64,000 bases of DNA from Syncephalis fuscata S228 (GCA_025786725.1 JAHLTZ010000044.1:62001-126000), one strand, 5' to 3'; counted from the first letter of the stretch, positions 1-18,173 are shown. Numbers and translations: made by a program. Notes: generated by a model not told the origin, from the letters alone.

Positions 1-1182
1 ATATCCGACACTTCCGGTCAAAAAAATGTCACTGAAGTTAGGATCACGATTACTGGTTCAAACAATATGTTGTTGCCCAATAGAACTGAAAACCGTGGAA
101 GAATTGATTTATGTCTGGTGGAAGATCCAGAAGCACTTTATTCTGCACGCCGTAGACATAAGCCATTTGATCTTAGTTCTGTTGGTGGAAATTTGAAAAC
201 AAACGTTGATTGGGAAAACAAACGTAAAATTAATTTCCGTTATTTTAAAGATCATTTTAAGGATGAAAGGCATGTAAGATATGATGTTCATTCTGAATCA
301 GAAAAAGGCGAAAAAAATGTAGCAACAATAGTACTTTCGGTACAAAATCCAACTGCTAGTGATAAAAGATATTTTGTATACGAAATACAAGATAGACAAG
401 CAGACTTTTCGTGGATGGATTGTATCAGCTCAATAGGTGGCGTCTTTTCCCTTTTTTTAAGCGTATTTGCATTTTTGTTTGGACAAGGTCGAATAAGTCC
501 TTGGGGCGCCGTTCAACGATACATATTTCGAAATCAAGTACTTGGCAAATTTTATAGATCAGTGGTTAGAGTTGCTCCAACACCTATATTAGGAGAAAGA
601 ACTGCAACTGGACATAACTCTAATTTCAATCGGCATGAAACTGCACATAATTCAAACGCACGCTTAGATAATAGGCAACAGAGTCCAGGAGTTTTTAGTA
701 GATTGAGCGCAAATATCAGCAACTGCAATTTCAGCCAAATACCAGAAATTACAAATCTATTAGTAAATCCACCTAAACACAACTCTAATTTTAATCGGCA
801 TAAAACTGCACATAATTCAAACGCACACTTGAATAATAGGCAACAGAGTTCAGGAGTTACTAATAGATTGAGCGCAAATATCAGCAACCGCAATTCCAGC
901 CAAATACCAGCAACTATGAACCCACCAGTAAACTCACCTGAACATCCTATGACTGGTAATAATGAAGCATCTGTTCGGGAGGCCATGGAGCCTAGATCAT
1001 CAGTATATCCTTTACAAGAAGCTAACGAACCATCGAGTTCACGTTCTAACCATTCAAGTAACAGCGAATCCACTAATATGCGTATTTTGAGGCTAGAGTC
1101 TTTTTGCCGGCGTATAGAGTTGTTCTACTTATCAAATGATTTGTCGTCTCATAAATACGAAAACAAGACTTTGGATAGATAA
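1..1182 (+). CDS. 5'-truncated paralogue of the adjacent two-TM membrane protein, with an internal 55-aa duplication
   Basis: The frame is open from base 1 (ISDTSGQKNVTEVRITI aligns to SDSNTASTKNYTEIFLTV of the next gene). It shares VEDP, YFVYE, FSWxDCxxSIGG, FAFLFGQxRxxPWGxxQRYIFRN and the C-terminal LExFxxRxExFYL with 2067..3515. Confidence 0.85.
   Translation: MSDTSGQKNVTEVRITITGSNNMLLPNRTENRGRIDLCLVEDPEALYSARRRHKPFDLSSVGGNLKTNVDWENKRKINFRYFKDHFKDERHVRYDVHSESEKGEKNVATIVLSVQNPTASDKRYFVYEIQDRQADFSWMDCISSIGGVFSLFLSVFAFLFGQGRISPWGAVQRYIFRNQVLGKFYRSVVRVAPTPILGERTATGHNSNFNRHETAHNSNARLDNRQQSPGVFSRLSANISNCNFSQIPEITNLLVNPPKHNSNFNRHKTAHNSNAHLNNRQQSSGVTNRLSANISNRNSSQIPATMNPPVNSPEHPMTGNNEASVREAMEPRSSVYPLQEANEPSSSRSNHSSNSESTNMRILRLESFCRRIELFYLSNDLSSHKYENKTLDR
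613..942 (+). repeat. 165-bp in-frame tandem duplication (2 copies)
   Basis: HNSNFNRHETAHNSNARLDNRQQSPGV...NPP at 613-777 versus HNSNFNRHKTAHNSNAHLNNRQQSSGV...NSP at 778-942. Confidence 0.9.
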
Positions 1183-2066
1183 TCTGCATTGAAAACTGTA
1201 TCAGAGCTGAATTGGCAACCTTAATTAACAAGCTTGTATACGATACACTTAGTATTTCAAATGCATTTAATAAATCTTATTTATTGAGACGTAGAACATT
1301 TTAATTATGGGCTACTATCAATAGATATATTCTAAAAATGTTTGTTCAACGCAAAATTTAGTATTTATAATATGGTGCTTATCAATTAATCTTCATTATT
1401 ACAGCGCAATTGTGTTGAAATAAAAATTGGCATGCATTTTATACACAGATGCCGTTTATGCTATCGCCACTTTTCTATACTTATTTTTAGTCCGTTAATT
1501 AGACTTGGTCTGCTACTTGCTACTTTTTGCTTAGCCGGCTTAAACCTAATATATCATTGCGTTATTGCTCAATATACTTATTTTATTATCTTATCATTAT
1601 GCGTTTTTTCCTGCCGTTATCTTACATCTATTTTCAATTATTACAATCTGTATATTACAAATGACAAACGGAGATGGCAATGTAAATGCCATGGAATATA
1701 TATTTAATTATAGAAATAGTTATTATATTTAACAATTACCCAACGGGTGTCATAAAACTATGTTTTGTCATATAGCATATGAACACAAGTAATAATTAAA
1801 CTGCCAAAGTAGCGTACATCATAATTGCTTTTAATCTGTATGGTACAAAACACTACCTGATATATCTATGCTCAAATGATTCAAACCGGCTATTGCTGAA
1901 ATTGATGGAAAAATGCTTATAAGGCTTTACTGGCATGGTTACACAACAGTTCTTTGTTCTTTAGCACAAATACATGCCTATTAATACAGCAAACAACCTA
2001 TATTTTTATTATTTTTCTCGTTCCAACCAGTTGCTTATTTTGTATTTTGAAAATTTTGCAGTTAGC

Positions 2067-3515
2067 ATGCTTTTTATTGGAACACGGCAAGGTGACCCAA
2101 AACGCCTCATTATAGTGCGTTTTATCATCATCATTTTGATATTGTTTGGTCTTATTACCATTGCTATTATCCAAATCAAAAAAGCTGTAAATCCTATATA
2201 TATTTATCAAACAAGCGAATCAATTGGAGCAATACATATTCCAGCATTTATTTTATATAGCCCATTCAGCTCACTTAGCAATGCTAGTATAGGAATAATT
2301 GGCGTGTACAATCATATGGGCCCAGTAAAGCACGCTGATGACGATCTAGTCATCGAATTAGAAAGGCTGACATGGGGCAAAGACGTAATTGACGGCCTTG
2401 AGTCAGAATCAGTAGACTTTTTAAATAAATATGCTCCTATATGGTATTTTCAACCAAAAGATATTTGGCAATATACACCACTGGGGAGACCAAGCGATTC
2501 CAATACGGCATCAACGAAAAACTATACAGAAATATTTCTTACAGTGGCTGCTAGACCAGATTCTGCTACTTCAAAAAGTAGAGGAACTAAAATGGAATTA
2601 ATTAATATAATTTTTGTGGAAGATCCGGATGCATTTCGTTTGGCACGTAGCAACCATAAACCTGTCAACATTATGACCATCAGCAATAGTTTAAAAGCCG
2701 AAGCTAGATGGAGAGAACAATTACGTATTAATTTTCTTCAATATGAAATTCAGTCAGAAAAGAAGGCTATTACAAGATACGATGTTCAATCCACGACAAG
2801 TTCTATACAGCCAGACGCGATACACATATCTATTTCACCCAAAAATCAACCAGCAAATAATGGCAATTATTTTGTATATGAAACACGCCACAAAAAAGTA
2901 AACTTCTCGTGGCTGGATTGTTTCGGCTCAATAGGCGGTGCTTTGACCTTTTCTTTAGCTTTATTTGCATTTTTGTTTGGGCAACGTCGAGTACGTCCTT
3001 GGGGGATTATTCAACGGTATATATTTCGAAATCGGATACTTGGCAAATTTCCTAGATCAGTAGTTGAAATTAGCTCGATGTCTATGTCAAGAAACAGAGC
3101 TACAGCTGGGCATGATCCTGTTTTCAATCAGGATGGTGCTGGATATGGCTCAAGAGTGCAGCTGAATAATAGACGAGGCGACTTGGAGACTGGTAATGAA
3201 TTGAATACAACTATTAACAACCACAGCCGACAAGCAGCATTTAAAAGTTTAGCAGCAGATACAGCTGAAAAACCTATAACTATCAGCCACGAAGCACTTG
3301 TTCAAGAATTTATACAATTTAAAACTTTGATGTCTTCGCTATTGGAGGTTAAAAACGATCCAGACTCTGAAATAGTAGGATCCAAATTTAATGGTTATAA
3401 TGAGAGTCGTATCGATGAACTTGAAGCCTTTCGTCAGCGTGTAGAATCATTCTATTTGGTAGATGATTTATTCATTAGGCGTGAAGGCCATGAACAAAAT
3501 AAGCAATTTAAATAA
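2067..3515 (+). CDS. Intronless two-TM membrane protein with a large loop (ENaC/ERGIC-like topology), function unknown
   Basis: Long ORF (1974..3515; likely start at MLFIG, 2067). N-terminal TM1 (IIVRFIIIILILFGLITIAII), ~240-aa loop, TM2 FSWLDCFGSIGGALTFSLALFAFLFG, then a PWGIIQ motif. Confidence 0.85.
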   Translation: MLFIGTRQGDPKRLIIVRFIIIILILFGLITIAIIQIKKAVNPIYIYQTSESIGAIHIPAFILYSPFSSLSNASIGIIGVYNHMGPVKHADDDLVIELERLTWGKDVIDGLESESVDFLNKYAPIWYFQPKDIWQYTPLGRPSDSNTASTKNYTEIFLTVAARPDSATSKSRGTKMELINIIFVEDPDAFRLARSNHKPVNIMTISNSLKAEARWREQLRINFLQYEIQSEKKAITRYDVQSTTSSIQPDAIHISISPKNQPANNGNYFVYETRHKKVNFSWLDCFGSIGGALTFSLALFAFLFGQRRVRPWGIIQRYIFRNRILGKFPRSVVEISSMSMSRNRATAGHDPVFNQDGAGYGSRVQLNNRRGDLETGNELNTTINNHSRQAAFKSLAADTAEKPITISHEALVQEFIQFKTLMSSLLEVKNDPDSEIVGSKFNGYNESRIDELEAFRQRVESFYLVDDLFIRREGHEQNKQFK

Positions 3516-4054
3516 AATCATAACCGACCTAAATTGGTTATGTTGACTATTTAGTTTAAATGTAGCACACGCCCAGATTGTTTTACATGTGTTTAGTAAA
3601 ACACTATTTATCCTAACACAAAGCATCTCAACTGTGTATTGTCATAAATCGGCAAACCTTAAATAGTGTTACATTCATATGATATAATCGTATGTCTGCA
3701 ATTCACGTATTTATATTAACGCAGTAATTAGTGTGTTTGTTGAAATGTTTATTATTTATATTATTAACATTTTATTTTAATACCCATCTTTAACCTATTA
3801 ATCAATCACAACCATTGGGTTTCATTTCGTGTTTTTATTTAGTCAATAGTCGGTATATCTATTTACGTGTTATTATTGTGTGTTTATTTCACATATCATA
3901 AATCATCACGACGCTAATTAATTAATAATGGAAAATAATATATAATAAAGCCATTCTATTTAATCATCATTGCTTTTACATGTTCTTGTAATAATGAATC
4001 TTTCATTGTTTTATGTGTAAAAATGGAATATTGAATGATAGTACGCAATAGTTA

Positions 4055-6581
4055 TTACTTATGTAGCGATGCGCCACGGTCAAAGTCTGTAGATATCGAG
4101 CTTTGTAGCTTGTTCAGAGCATCCACACGTACACTCAACTCTGAGGCATTTCTGTCAACCCATTCCAGCGAGGTGAGATGTGCATCAAGAATTTGAACAA
4201 CTTGCATTAACTAAAGAGTAGCAATAGAGCGATTAGCTGTACTATAAAGTATAATTATATCGCTACTTACTGGATCGTCAGCTGTTGCTTGTCCGCCCTC
4301 GCCACCGACTCGGTTGACTTCTTCGATGACTGCCGTCAATGCACGGGACATGTCATCAAGCTGGTGATTGAGCGAACTTGCCATATCGTAACTGTATAAT
4401 GCAATTGTTAGACGCTGATGAGTTAAGCATTGTAAATAAAATACTTACGCTCGTGCTCGTTCTGTGTCAGCCACACGTCGTTCTGTATTATTTGTTGTTT
4501 CAGATAGTGTGGTGGTAACACGGTCTTCGTAAACATCAAGTACATGGCTTAAGTCGCGCTGTTGTGTCTCGATATACTCCAATTGTCGCTCTACCTCTGA
4601 TTGGGCCGACTCTAATCGAGTGGTTTCATTAACAAGTTTTGATATCTGGCGTAATATACATATTATATTGTTAGTATTAATAAATCTGCCGTTTTTGTGT
4701 ATTAATCATTTACCTGATTTCCATTTTCAATTAAAATACGATCCCAGTCAGATACTTGCTGAGCTCGACGATGGAATTCACGAGTGTGTTGATCAAGCTC
4801 AGATGCCCATAAACTAACAATGTTTTCCAGCGAACGCCCCTTAAGACGATTCGATTCTCCGGCAGCGGCTGCACTAGTAGAGGCAGTAGTAGTAGCAGTA
4901 GTAGCTGCTGTTGCTGCTGTTGCTTTAGTAAATATAGCTGTAGCGATATTCATAATGTATTTATGTGGATTACTTACTAGAAGAGACTACAGGAGCTGCA
5001 GTCAATACAGGAGCTGCAGTAGATGGTAAAGATGCAGCTAATGAGGTTTCACTTGGTTTAGTAGTACCAAGGGACGCGATGTTTGCTGTAGTAGTAGAGC
5101 CAAGAGCAGTAGCTGTTGTTGTTGTTGCTGCTGTACTTGCGCCGCCAAATCCACCAAAAAGCGATGGAGTAGATGTAGGTGCTGTTGGTAAAGAGGTATT
5201 AGCTTGTGTGGTGGCAGCAGGTGCTCCAAATCCAAACTTGGGTGGAGCTGCACTAGTTGTGGCTGCTGCTGCTGGCGATGCTGCCGAACTAGCTGGTGTA
5301 TTACCAAATAAGCCACCACCAGTGGCAGCTGTCTTATTACCAAATAATCCGCCTGCTGCAGGGGGTGTAGGTGTTGCAGGTGCTGCTGCCCCGCCAAATA
5401 GACCACCAGCTGCACTTGTAGCCGCAGGAGTAGCAGCAGCAGCAGCAGGAGGCTTTGCGCCAAATAGACCACCACTTAGTGCAGAGGGTGCAGGTGCAGC
5501 AGCATTTGTTTTAGCGCCAAATAAACCACCAGTGGCAGGTGAAGCACCAAACAAATTGCCGCTCGGAGCTGAAGATGCTGGTGCAGCAGTAGTAGCAGCA
5601 GCAGTTTTAGCACCAAATAAACCACCGCCCATGGATGTAGCTGTGGTTGCAGTAGATGTATTACTAAATAATGGACCACCAGTCGTTGTTGGAGCGGTAG
5701 ATGTAGTAGCACTAGCACCTGATGTTGATAGAGCCGGTTGATTTATATTAAAACCACCAAAGCTAGGTGCAGCTGAAGTCGTAGTACCAGAAAACCCACC
5801 AAATGTCGTAGTTTTAGGCAAGCTAAATCCAGTTCCAGCTGTGCCACTGTCTGGTTTAGTTGAAGGTGTAGCAGGAGCTCCACCAAATAATGGTGCATTT
5901 GTAGCTGCTGTCGGATTGGCTGTTGGTTTTATCGAAAATCCACCAAATGCTGTTGGTGCAGCAACTGTAGAGAACGTAAAAATTGTTACAGATTAATATT
6001 AAATTTATGTCATTAGTTTATTGTAATCAACCTACTGTTGGCATTTGTTGTTGTTGCACTTGCACCACCAAATCCACCAAAAGAAGGAGTGGCTGTAGAT
6101 GTTGTTGGTGTTGCTGCCGATGCAGCACCAAATGATAATCCTGAACCAGCTGGCTTGCTGCCGAATGCCGTAGTAATGCCGTAGTACCAGTATTGCTACC
6201 AAATGTCGTAGTGCCCATATTACTACCGAATAAAGATGTTGGCACTGTCGTGGCAGAAGTAGCCGGACCGCTAGAAGGTGTTGCTGTCGCGCCTAACGAG
6301 AATCCACCTGTAGCAGCTGGCTTATTACCGAATCCACCAAATCCGCCGAATCCAGAGGCTGCACCTGTGCCTGTAGTGGCCGATCCGAAGATAGACGACG
6401 TTGGCGCACCTGTAGTAGCAGTGGTGCCCGCAGTAGACGCGGGATTAGTAGTAGCAGCACCTCCAGCCGAGAATGCTGTTGATCCAGTATTGGATCCCGT
6501 TCCAAACCCGCTAAACGGCGAACCACCACCGGGAGCACCACCAGTACCTTGCCCACCAAGATTCTTAAATGAAAACGACAT
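4055..6581 (-). CDS. NSP1: FG nucleoporin Nsp1/Nup62 (spliced; frameshifted by an 11-bp duplication near 6164-6185)
   Basis: Many FG/GGLFG repeats followed by the Nsp1 C-terminal coiled coil (SLENIVSLWASELDQHTREF...WDRILIENG; QVVQILDAHLTSLEWVD). Confidence 0.92.
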
Positions 6582-6679
6582 GATGACGTATCAATGGATA
6601 AAGAGTGTAGTGGAAAGACGTGAATAAAAAGAATAAAACAAATTGGTATTTATTTTTATTATTGTTTTATTTCCATTAA

Positions 6680-8173
6680 TTAACGAGGTGGATTAATTTC
6701 ACCAATATACAGTGTTTTGTCTGTACTGCCTGACACCACTATAATAGTAACAAAGTTAATGATTACAGTATAGATACATTCATAGCACATACCAATTGGT
6801 TCTCGTGGGTGGAAATCAACCTCGTTGACACAGCCTTTATGTCCCGGTAGTTTATACAGAATACGACGTGTGTCCACATCCCATATAACAACGGTACGAT
6901 CACCAGAACCGGCCGCAATACGTGCACCATCCGGTGACCATGCAACTTTAAGCAAGTTCTTTTCAAATCCATGAGGTGCACCCTCAAATACCTTAGTGCA
7001 GCGGTGACCGACCGCAAATGGTTTGATGTCCCAAATACGTACTATTGATGATTAGACCATAATAAACATTCTATGCTTATTATACTATTTACCTGTATTG
7101 TCCATACTGTTGGAGAGTAAATATTGACCATCGGGACTTTGACGGATGCCAGTTATCGTATCTTGATGTCCTTCCAAAACATAGCTAATTGTTCGTTGAC
7201 GTACATCCCATACCTGATCAATAGTTATTATTATAGAGTAGTTGATTTGTACGCAATGTTACATACTGTAATTGTGTTATCTAAACTGCCAGCAAATATT
7301 TGATCTCCTGCCTTGCCAAATTCAACAGCCGTAACTTGGTATGGGTGTTCAAATGTGTCAACGGCTTCTTTAGCTCTTAGATCCCAAATCTATTATGTAT
7401 ATAAGTATTGCTGATAGACATGACATTATGAATACACAGATGCTACCTTAACTGTACGGTCATCACTGCCACTACATAAAACTGTACCCGCACCAGTATA
7501 TTTCTCTTGAGAGCTACAGCTATTGACATACAAACTGTGGCCCTTTAGTTTTTTGACACGCTGACCAGTAGACGCATCCCATACACCTAAAGTACGATCG
7601 GCACTGGCCGAGTAGATCTGTCTACACAATATAGTTGTAGCGTGATCTATTAATATACCAATCTACTTACTGGCTATCCTTTGACCATTGTATCTCTAAT
7701 ACGGCATTGGTATGGCCGCGTAATAAACCATAGTTTTTGCATTCTCCATAGGTGTTCCACAGGACTAATTGTATATAATGAGACTATATAGACTATGACG
7801 CGTCGCCATACTTACGAATGTCGCGATCCATAGATCCTGAAGCGATATGTTGTCCACTGGGATCAAATTTACAGGTCAATACATCACGCTGCCTACAGTA
7901 TTAGTATCAACACTGTCTATATAGTGTTTTAACCCACCTGATGTCCCGTCAAAAGCATGATCGGGGCTTGTAGCCCAGAAGTACGCGGCACCTAATAGTA
8001 AATTGGCGTTATTCTGGTAAGTCTTGGAATCACACTGTAACTCTATTCAAGGTTCTAATACTTACCTGTTGAATAACAGCGCCCGAGTTGTTGCCACGAG
8101 TGACCGGGACTAGTTCTTGATGCTGTTGCGCATCATTGCCGGTTGTTTGACGTATAAGTGCACCAGTGGCCAT
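6680..8173 (-). CDS. SNRNP40: U5 snRNP 40-kDa WD40 protein (spliced)
   Basis: Exons read RTSGLQAPIMLLTGH, SASADRTLGVWD, HGFEKNLLKVAWSPDG...AAGSGDRTVVIWD and YKLPGHKGCVNEVDFHPREPIVVSGSTDKTLYIGEI. Confidence 0.93.
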
Positions 8174-8302
8174 TATGTGTGTGTGTGTGTGTGTTGTAAG
8201 GGACGAGTGAATAAGGCCGATAGACAAGAAATATGAAAGGCTGTTTTAATTTTTTAGTTTTTTTTTAACTTGTCCTTCATCGATTACTTGTTACTTTACA
8301 GA

Positions 8303-13346
<5,044 letters not shown>

Positions 13347-13417
13347 TTTTCACTATACACAAACGCACATGCACACGGAGATAAAGATGACACCGGAAAG
13401 AGTGAACTATTAAACTG

Positions 13418-14214
13418 TCACGTCTCTTTACGGAATTCGGTTTTTTCAACCTTGACTTCATCATCTATCAGTTGATAAATATAAGTGACAATACTCGTGT
13501 TTTGCACATCCATTAGAATAAATGATGGAATAGTTTCCTCTCTATTATAGCATGACGATTAATATCAATATATTGGTGCCTTTATATCCTTAATACTTAC
13601 CCGCTAATGGTGGTCATGGCACCGGTAGCACTGCCTGGATTAATGTAGAACTTGCCCTCACGCTCTACCGCTTCTACTTGGTGTGTATGGCCACTGATAA
13701 GTACATCCACGTCCATTTCACGTGCAGCCATTGATAATGCAATAGAATCGCCCCATGGCTGTACTTGGTGGCCATGGACTAGACCAATACGCATAGATCC
13801 ATGCTGAATAACTTTACTAATCGGAAAAGTGGCCTATATGCGTGTACACAATCGTTAAACCATAAATATAGATATATAGATGTATGTTAATGTTTACATT
13901 GTCTCTGCTTACCTCATCCATATCTCCTTTGACTACATGAAGATCGGTGGCTACCATGCGTAGGTGGTCATAGGTGGAGCGATCACATACATTGCCTGTA
14001 CAAAGAATTTGCTGAATCTTGCCAGGTACCTACACTTTATGATAAGTAAACTATATGCAATCTATTGGCTAAGTACCAGTAGTTTACTGAATTTCTGTGG
14101 TAGATCACTGCCTCGCTGAGGAATATGAAGATCGCCAATGACGAGAACGAGCTATACATCATTGTTGGTTAGTTGTTCTACAAATGGTTGTTGCTTGTTG
14201 CTACCTACCACCAT
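13418..14214 (-). CDS. VPS29: Retromer subunit Vps29 (spliced)
   Basis: MV|[63 protein letters not shown]. Confidence 0.96.
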
Positions 14215-15369
14215 GACGACGAAAGAACTGAAAGAAGATGGCGGTAGAGCAACAACAACAGCAACAGGTATAGGATATTTGGTAGACGAGTAGCTAGATG
14301 AGTTGTGGTAATAGTGGGTGGATAAGGAAATCAATCAATCAATCGAGAGTGTGACGACAACGAGTAATGAATTCTCGATTCGGTTATTGTGTTATAGTCA
14401 ACACTCAATAGACAATATTCATTCCTAATTATACAATAAGCTAGCGTTATAATTATTATTCTGTTATTATCAATTGTCTATGATTTGTGATAATAGTATA
14501 TGGAATGTTAATGGACAATGTAATAAAATATACTGAGTTATAGATGCTACTTATTAAGATTTGTAAATTTAATTTCAGATATGAAAAATGTCTTGTTACT
14601 TTCAATAAATGAAGATACAAACAGATTAAATATGTAAAATACTATTTAGAAATAATATATTGATACAGAGTTTAGTCACCATCGTATATTCTTATTATTG
14701 TCAATAAACACTCTAGTATTTCGATTGTAAAATAATAGTAATAGTGATGTCTTTAAAGGATAAAATAATATACTCAAGGTAATTTGAATTAATAAATTTC
14801 TTTATAGTAATTGGCTACAGGTATACCGTTTCTTAAAAGGCTGCTACATCGTAAAATGGTTCGTGTGATGATAAGATGTAGGTGGAGTCTTATGCGTAGT
14901 AAAATTCAACACTGTTGATACACAATAATGGTGGCACAAATGCGTAGTAAGCACTTTTACAGTTTCAATTATTATCTGAACAATTTAGGAGTGCTACGTG
15001 TACATAGTTGTGTCCAAAAGCTATATCTTATAAATCACAAGATCCATCTATACAGTTGAACGTACAAGATATTTGATAGAATATACTATTTATTAGTAAT
15101 CAAAGAATAATCAAAGCTAAAAGTCGTAATAAACAAATCTAATTAGTGTTTATATATGTTCGCAAATGGTAATAATAGTTGTAATAGGCACAATCGCTAA
15201 CATAGCAGACATATTGTCTGTTATCTACTCAATTTCTTACACGATTATCGGTGTTTGGTCTATTTATAGCCATAGGCATGACATTGGGGATATGGTTGTT
15301 CAATAATCCACGGTTTAAAATGATCTGTTCTACAGTTCAACTTTTTTGCCCCATTGATTCATTTGCGCA

Positions 15370-16012
15370 ATGTCTTTACTAATACGTGGCTCGTTGGTCC
15401 TGCTTGTCTTTGTAGTTGGTGGTGCTATATTCGCTGGACCATGGGTGTTTTTTACGTTGCATCCCTTGCTAATGACCATGGCCGTTATTGGTGTTACCGA
15501 AGGTAGGTGCTACTAGCAAATATCGGCGAATTAATTGATTTACTGTATATCTAGGTACCTATAGAATGCAACAGCGATTGACGGCTGCAGAGAAACGTAT
15601 CGGTCTTCGTTGGCATCGCTATCTGCAGACCATGGCGATCTGCACAATTACATCTGGATTTTTTGTTATTTATTGTAACAAAGTATTGAATAGTAAAATG
15701 CACCTGACGACATGGCATGGTGTCATTGGACTGATGGCGACTGTGTGGATGTTCGTGCAAGGTTTGGTGGGTGCGCTACTTATCTATATGCCCGGTCTAT
15801 TTGGTGGGCCGCTTAAGTCTCGCCACTACTACCGGATACATCGACTATTTGGCTATGGGTCGTTGATAGCCGTATGGTTGGCCACAGCACTTGGAATGAT
15901 GTCGAATTGGATGGTTCACTACTTGCCCTATCCATGGGTTGGCTGGCTTTTGTTTGGTGCAGTTGTGTTAAGTATTAGCCAACGTGTTTCGTTGACTGCC
16001 ATAAGACTCTAG
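15370..16012 (+). CDS. Cytochrome b561-domain membrane protein (one intron)
   Basis: FFTLHPLLM, RWHRYLQ, HLTTWHGVIG and RIHRLFGY give the four heme-ligating His positions of cytochrome b561. Confidence 0.85.
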
Positions 16013-16542
16013 CAATAAATATTGGTGGTATGTATCATGATGCTTAGAACTAAAGCCATGACAGAATACATAGATGAAGATGTGCCAAAATATACTATCT
16101 AATAAACGTACTTGATCTATATACATATATACATGTATAATATAATATAAAATATTACATATTTATGCTAATAAAGCAACATCACTTTTGCAATCTACAC
16201 GTTTACTTGATTTCATATACTACAGCTCGTGGTAAGTCATGTATTTACCAAACCACGCCACAAGTATTATAGGCTACTATAAACTAATGTTTACAATCCT
16301 TAAATTCTATACGTATGATTTTTGACAATATTCGTAGCTTGTAGCGCAGTATATAATATTAATAGGCTATTTAAACAATAGATTATTGATGTATTTTGTT
16401 TGTAAAGCTTTATTCCTAATTAAAACAGTTGTGCTGGCTGCGTCATTCTAATGCCGATTTAAGGCAAGATATGCCATGAACGTATTTTTGTTACAACTCA
16501 GCTTTGTGGCCACAAAGGCAAAATTGTTTTATTTCCCTTACA

Positions 16543-18173
16543 ATGTCTTTCCAAACTACAAACGCGCCTCCAAACAAATGGCTACTAGTCGAAATAATCC
16601 ATCGTATTGCTTTATTTAGTGAGGGTAATGCTGTAGCAGCACTATCACGTACATGCACTTGGCTACGAGCTTGTATCGTGGATTATGACAATCTTTGGTA
16701 CCACTTGTATCAATACGATTTTCCTCTTAACATGGATCAGAAAATCAACTGGATACAATGGCAATTGGAAGAAGAACATGCTTTATCAAAGCTATCAAAC
16801 AACAAAAACAGCACAAACAATAGTGGGATAAACAATCGTACCTGGCTACAACGATATAATCAGCGTAATAAATTAAAATCAAATTGGCTTCGAAATCGGC
16901 CAACATGGACTATTGATCTATTAAATACTGAAGAACATACGCTAGCTGGTGTCAATTTCGACGAATTTAGCTGTATAAGCACCTGTCCTGGCTGGGCTAT
17001 TCTGGCAAACAAAATCGATCATCCAGTATACTTGGTTGAACTTTCGGCAAAAAAATCGCATAAAATACACAAGCTAGAATGGCGAGAAAATAAGATAGAT
17101 TTGTTTTATAGCGCAGCATTTATTTATGACCACCAAGGACGATATGGTACTAAGGAGTATTTTAAAAATACTGAGCAAACAAAGCGTGGTGTTTTCCTAG
17201 CAATACACACGTATAATGATCAGTATTTTCCGTCAAAGTTGCAACTATGGAGAGTGTGCAATCAAGAGCTGGTGCGCGTTATTAGCTGGGATGGAGGCTA
17301 TAGTACTAGAATTGTTGATTCTTTTTGATTTTATATCCCAAATTTGAGGAATATCTTCCAGAAGAGCAGCCTCCACATGGCGTGATAAAGCTATTTAGCA
17401 ATATCTTCTCGACACCACAGTCTGAACTGCAACCTATAACAATTTCAAAAAAGTCCCACAATGAAACATTTGCTATACTTACTGTAAACGATAGTTCTGT
17501 AAACTTGCTAAGATACGACTATGTAGCAAATCCGATTGTATATGAAATAGTCCAAGCATCGACTGATACGGCATCAAATATTGCAATTGACAATGAACCA
17601 CCATTGACAACCATTGGGTCAGGAAGCTTTTCTCTTCCTGATGGTATATCATCGTTTTTCTCAAAATATTACCAAGTGGATCAAGATAGATTTTTATTTT
17701 ATAGAAAGGTTTATATTGCGCAACAAAACAACAACACAGGCGGGAATGCGCTGTGGAGATATTGCCTAGTTCTTATTTCGATAGAAAATGGAATAATGTG
17801 GAACTACAGCTATCTTGGACCTATACTCAACAATCCAGTTGTACTACTCGAGTATAATTTAATAGCTATTTTATCTGCAAAGCAATCTTTATTAGAAGTT
17901 ATTTCATTATCAGATGGAAAGGTGCTAAGACGAATAGATATCAATGAATTGAATGGCAGAAATGTTCAATTTGAACAGCTCATCGATACATTAATTGTTG
18001 GTGCCAGCTGTAAAGCAAACCAATACTACATTGTTGATGTAGTAACTGGCCAAAAAGGCATTTATACGTTTTCAACACCAGATACCAGGATGGCCACCTT
18101 TACTCCTGGCCATATGTTGGTTAAAAGCAATGAAATATTCCAGATTATAAGCTTTGTGCCTGAATTTATTTAG
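16543..18173 (+). CDS. F-box-like protein with a beta-rich C-terminal region; one frameshift near 17325 joins two ORFs
   Basis: N-terminal LLVEIIHRIALF...ALSRTCTWLR...NLW F-box-like pattern and a WLQRYNQRNKLKSNW linker. ORFs 16504..17328 and 17325..18173 overlap at a T-run. Confidence 0.7.

Noticed and set aside
4965-6627. Long plus-strand Ala/Val/Gly-rich ORFs
   Set aside because: Antisense shadows of the low-complexity NSP1 FG region.
14865-14979. GTGATGA...CTGA pair suggesting a C/D snoRNA
   Set aside because: No convincing terminal stem and no recognisable rRNA-complementary guide.
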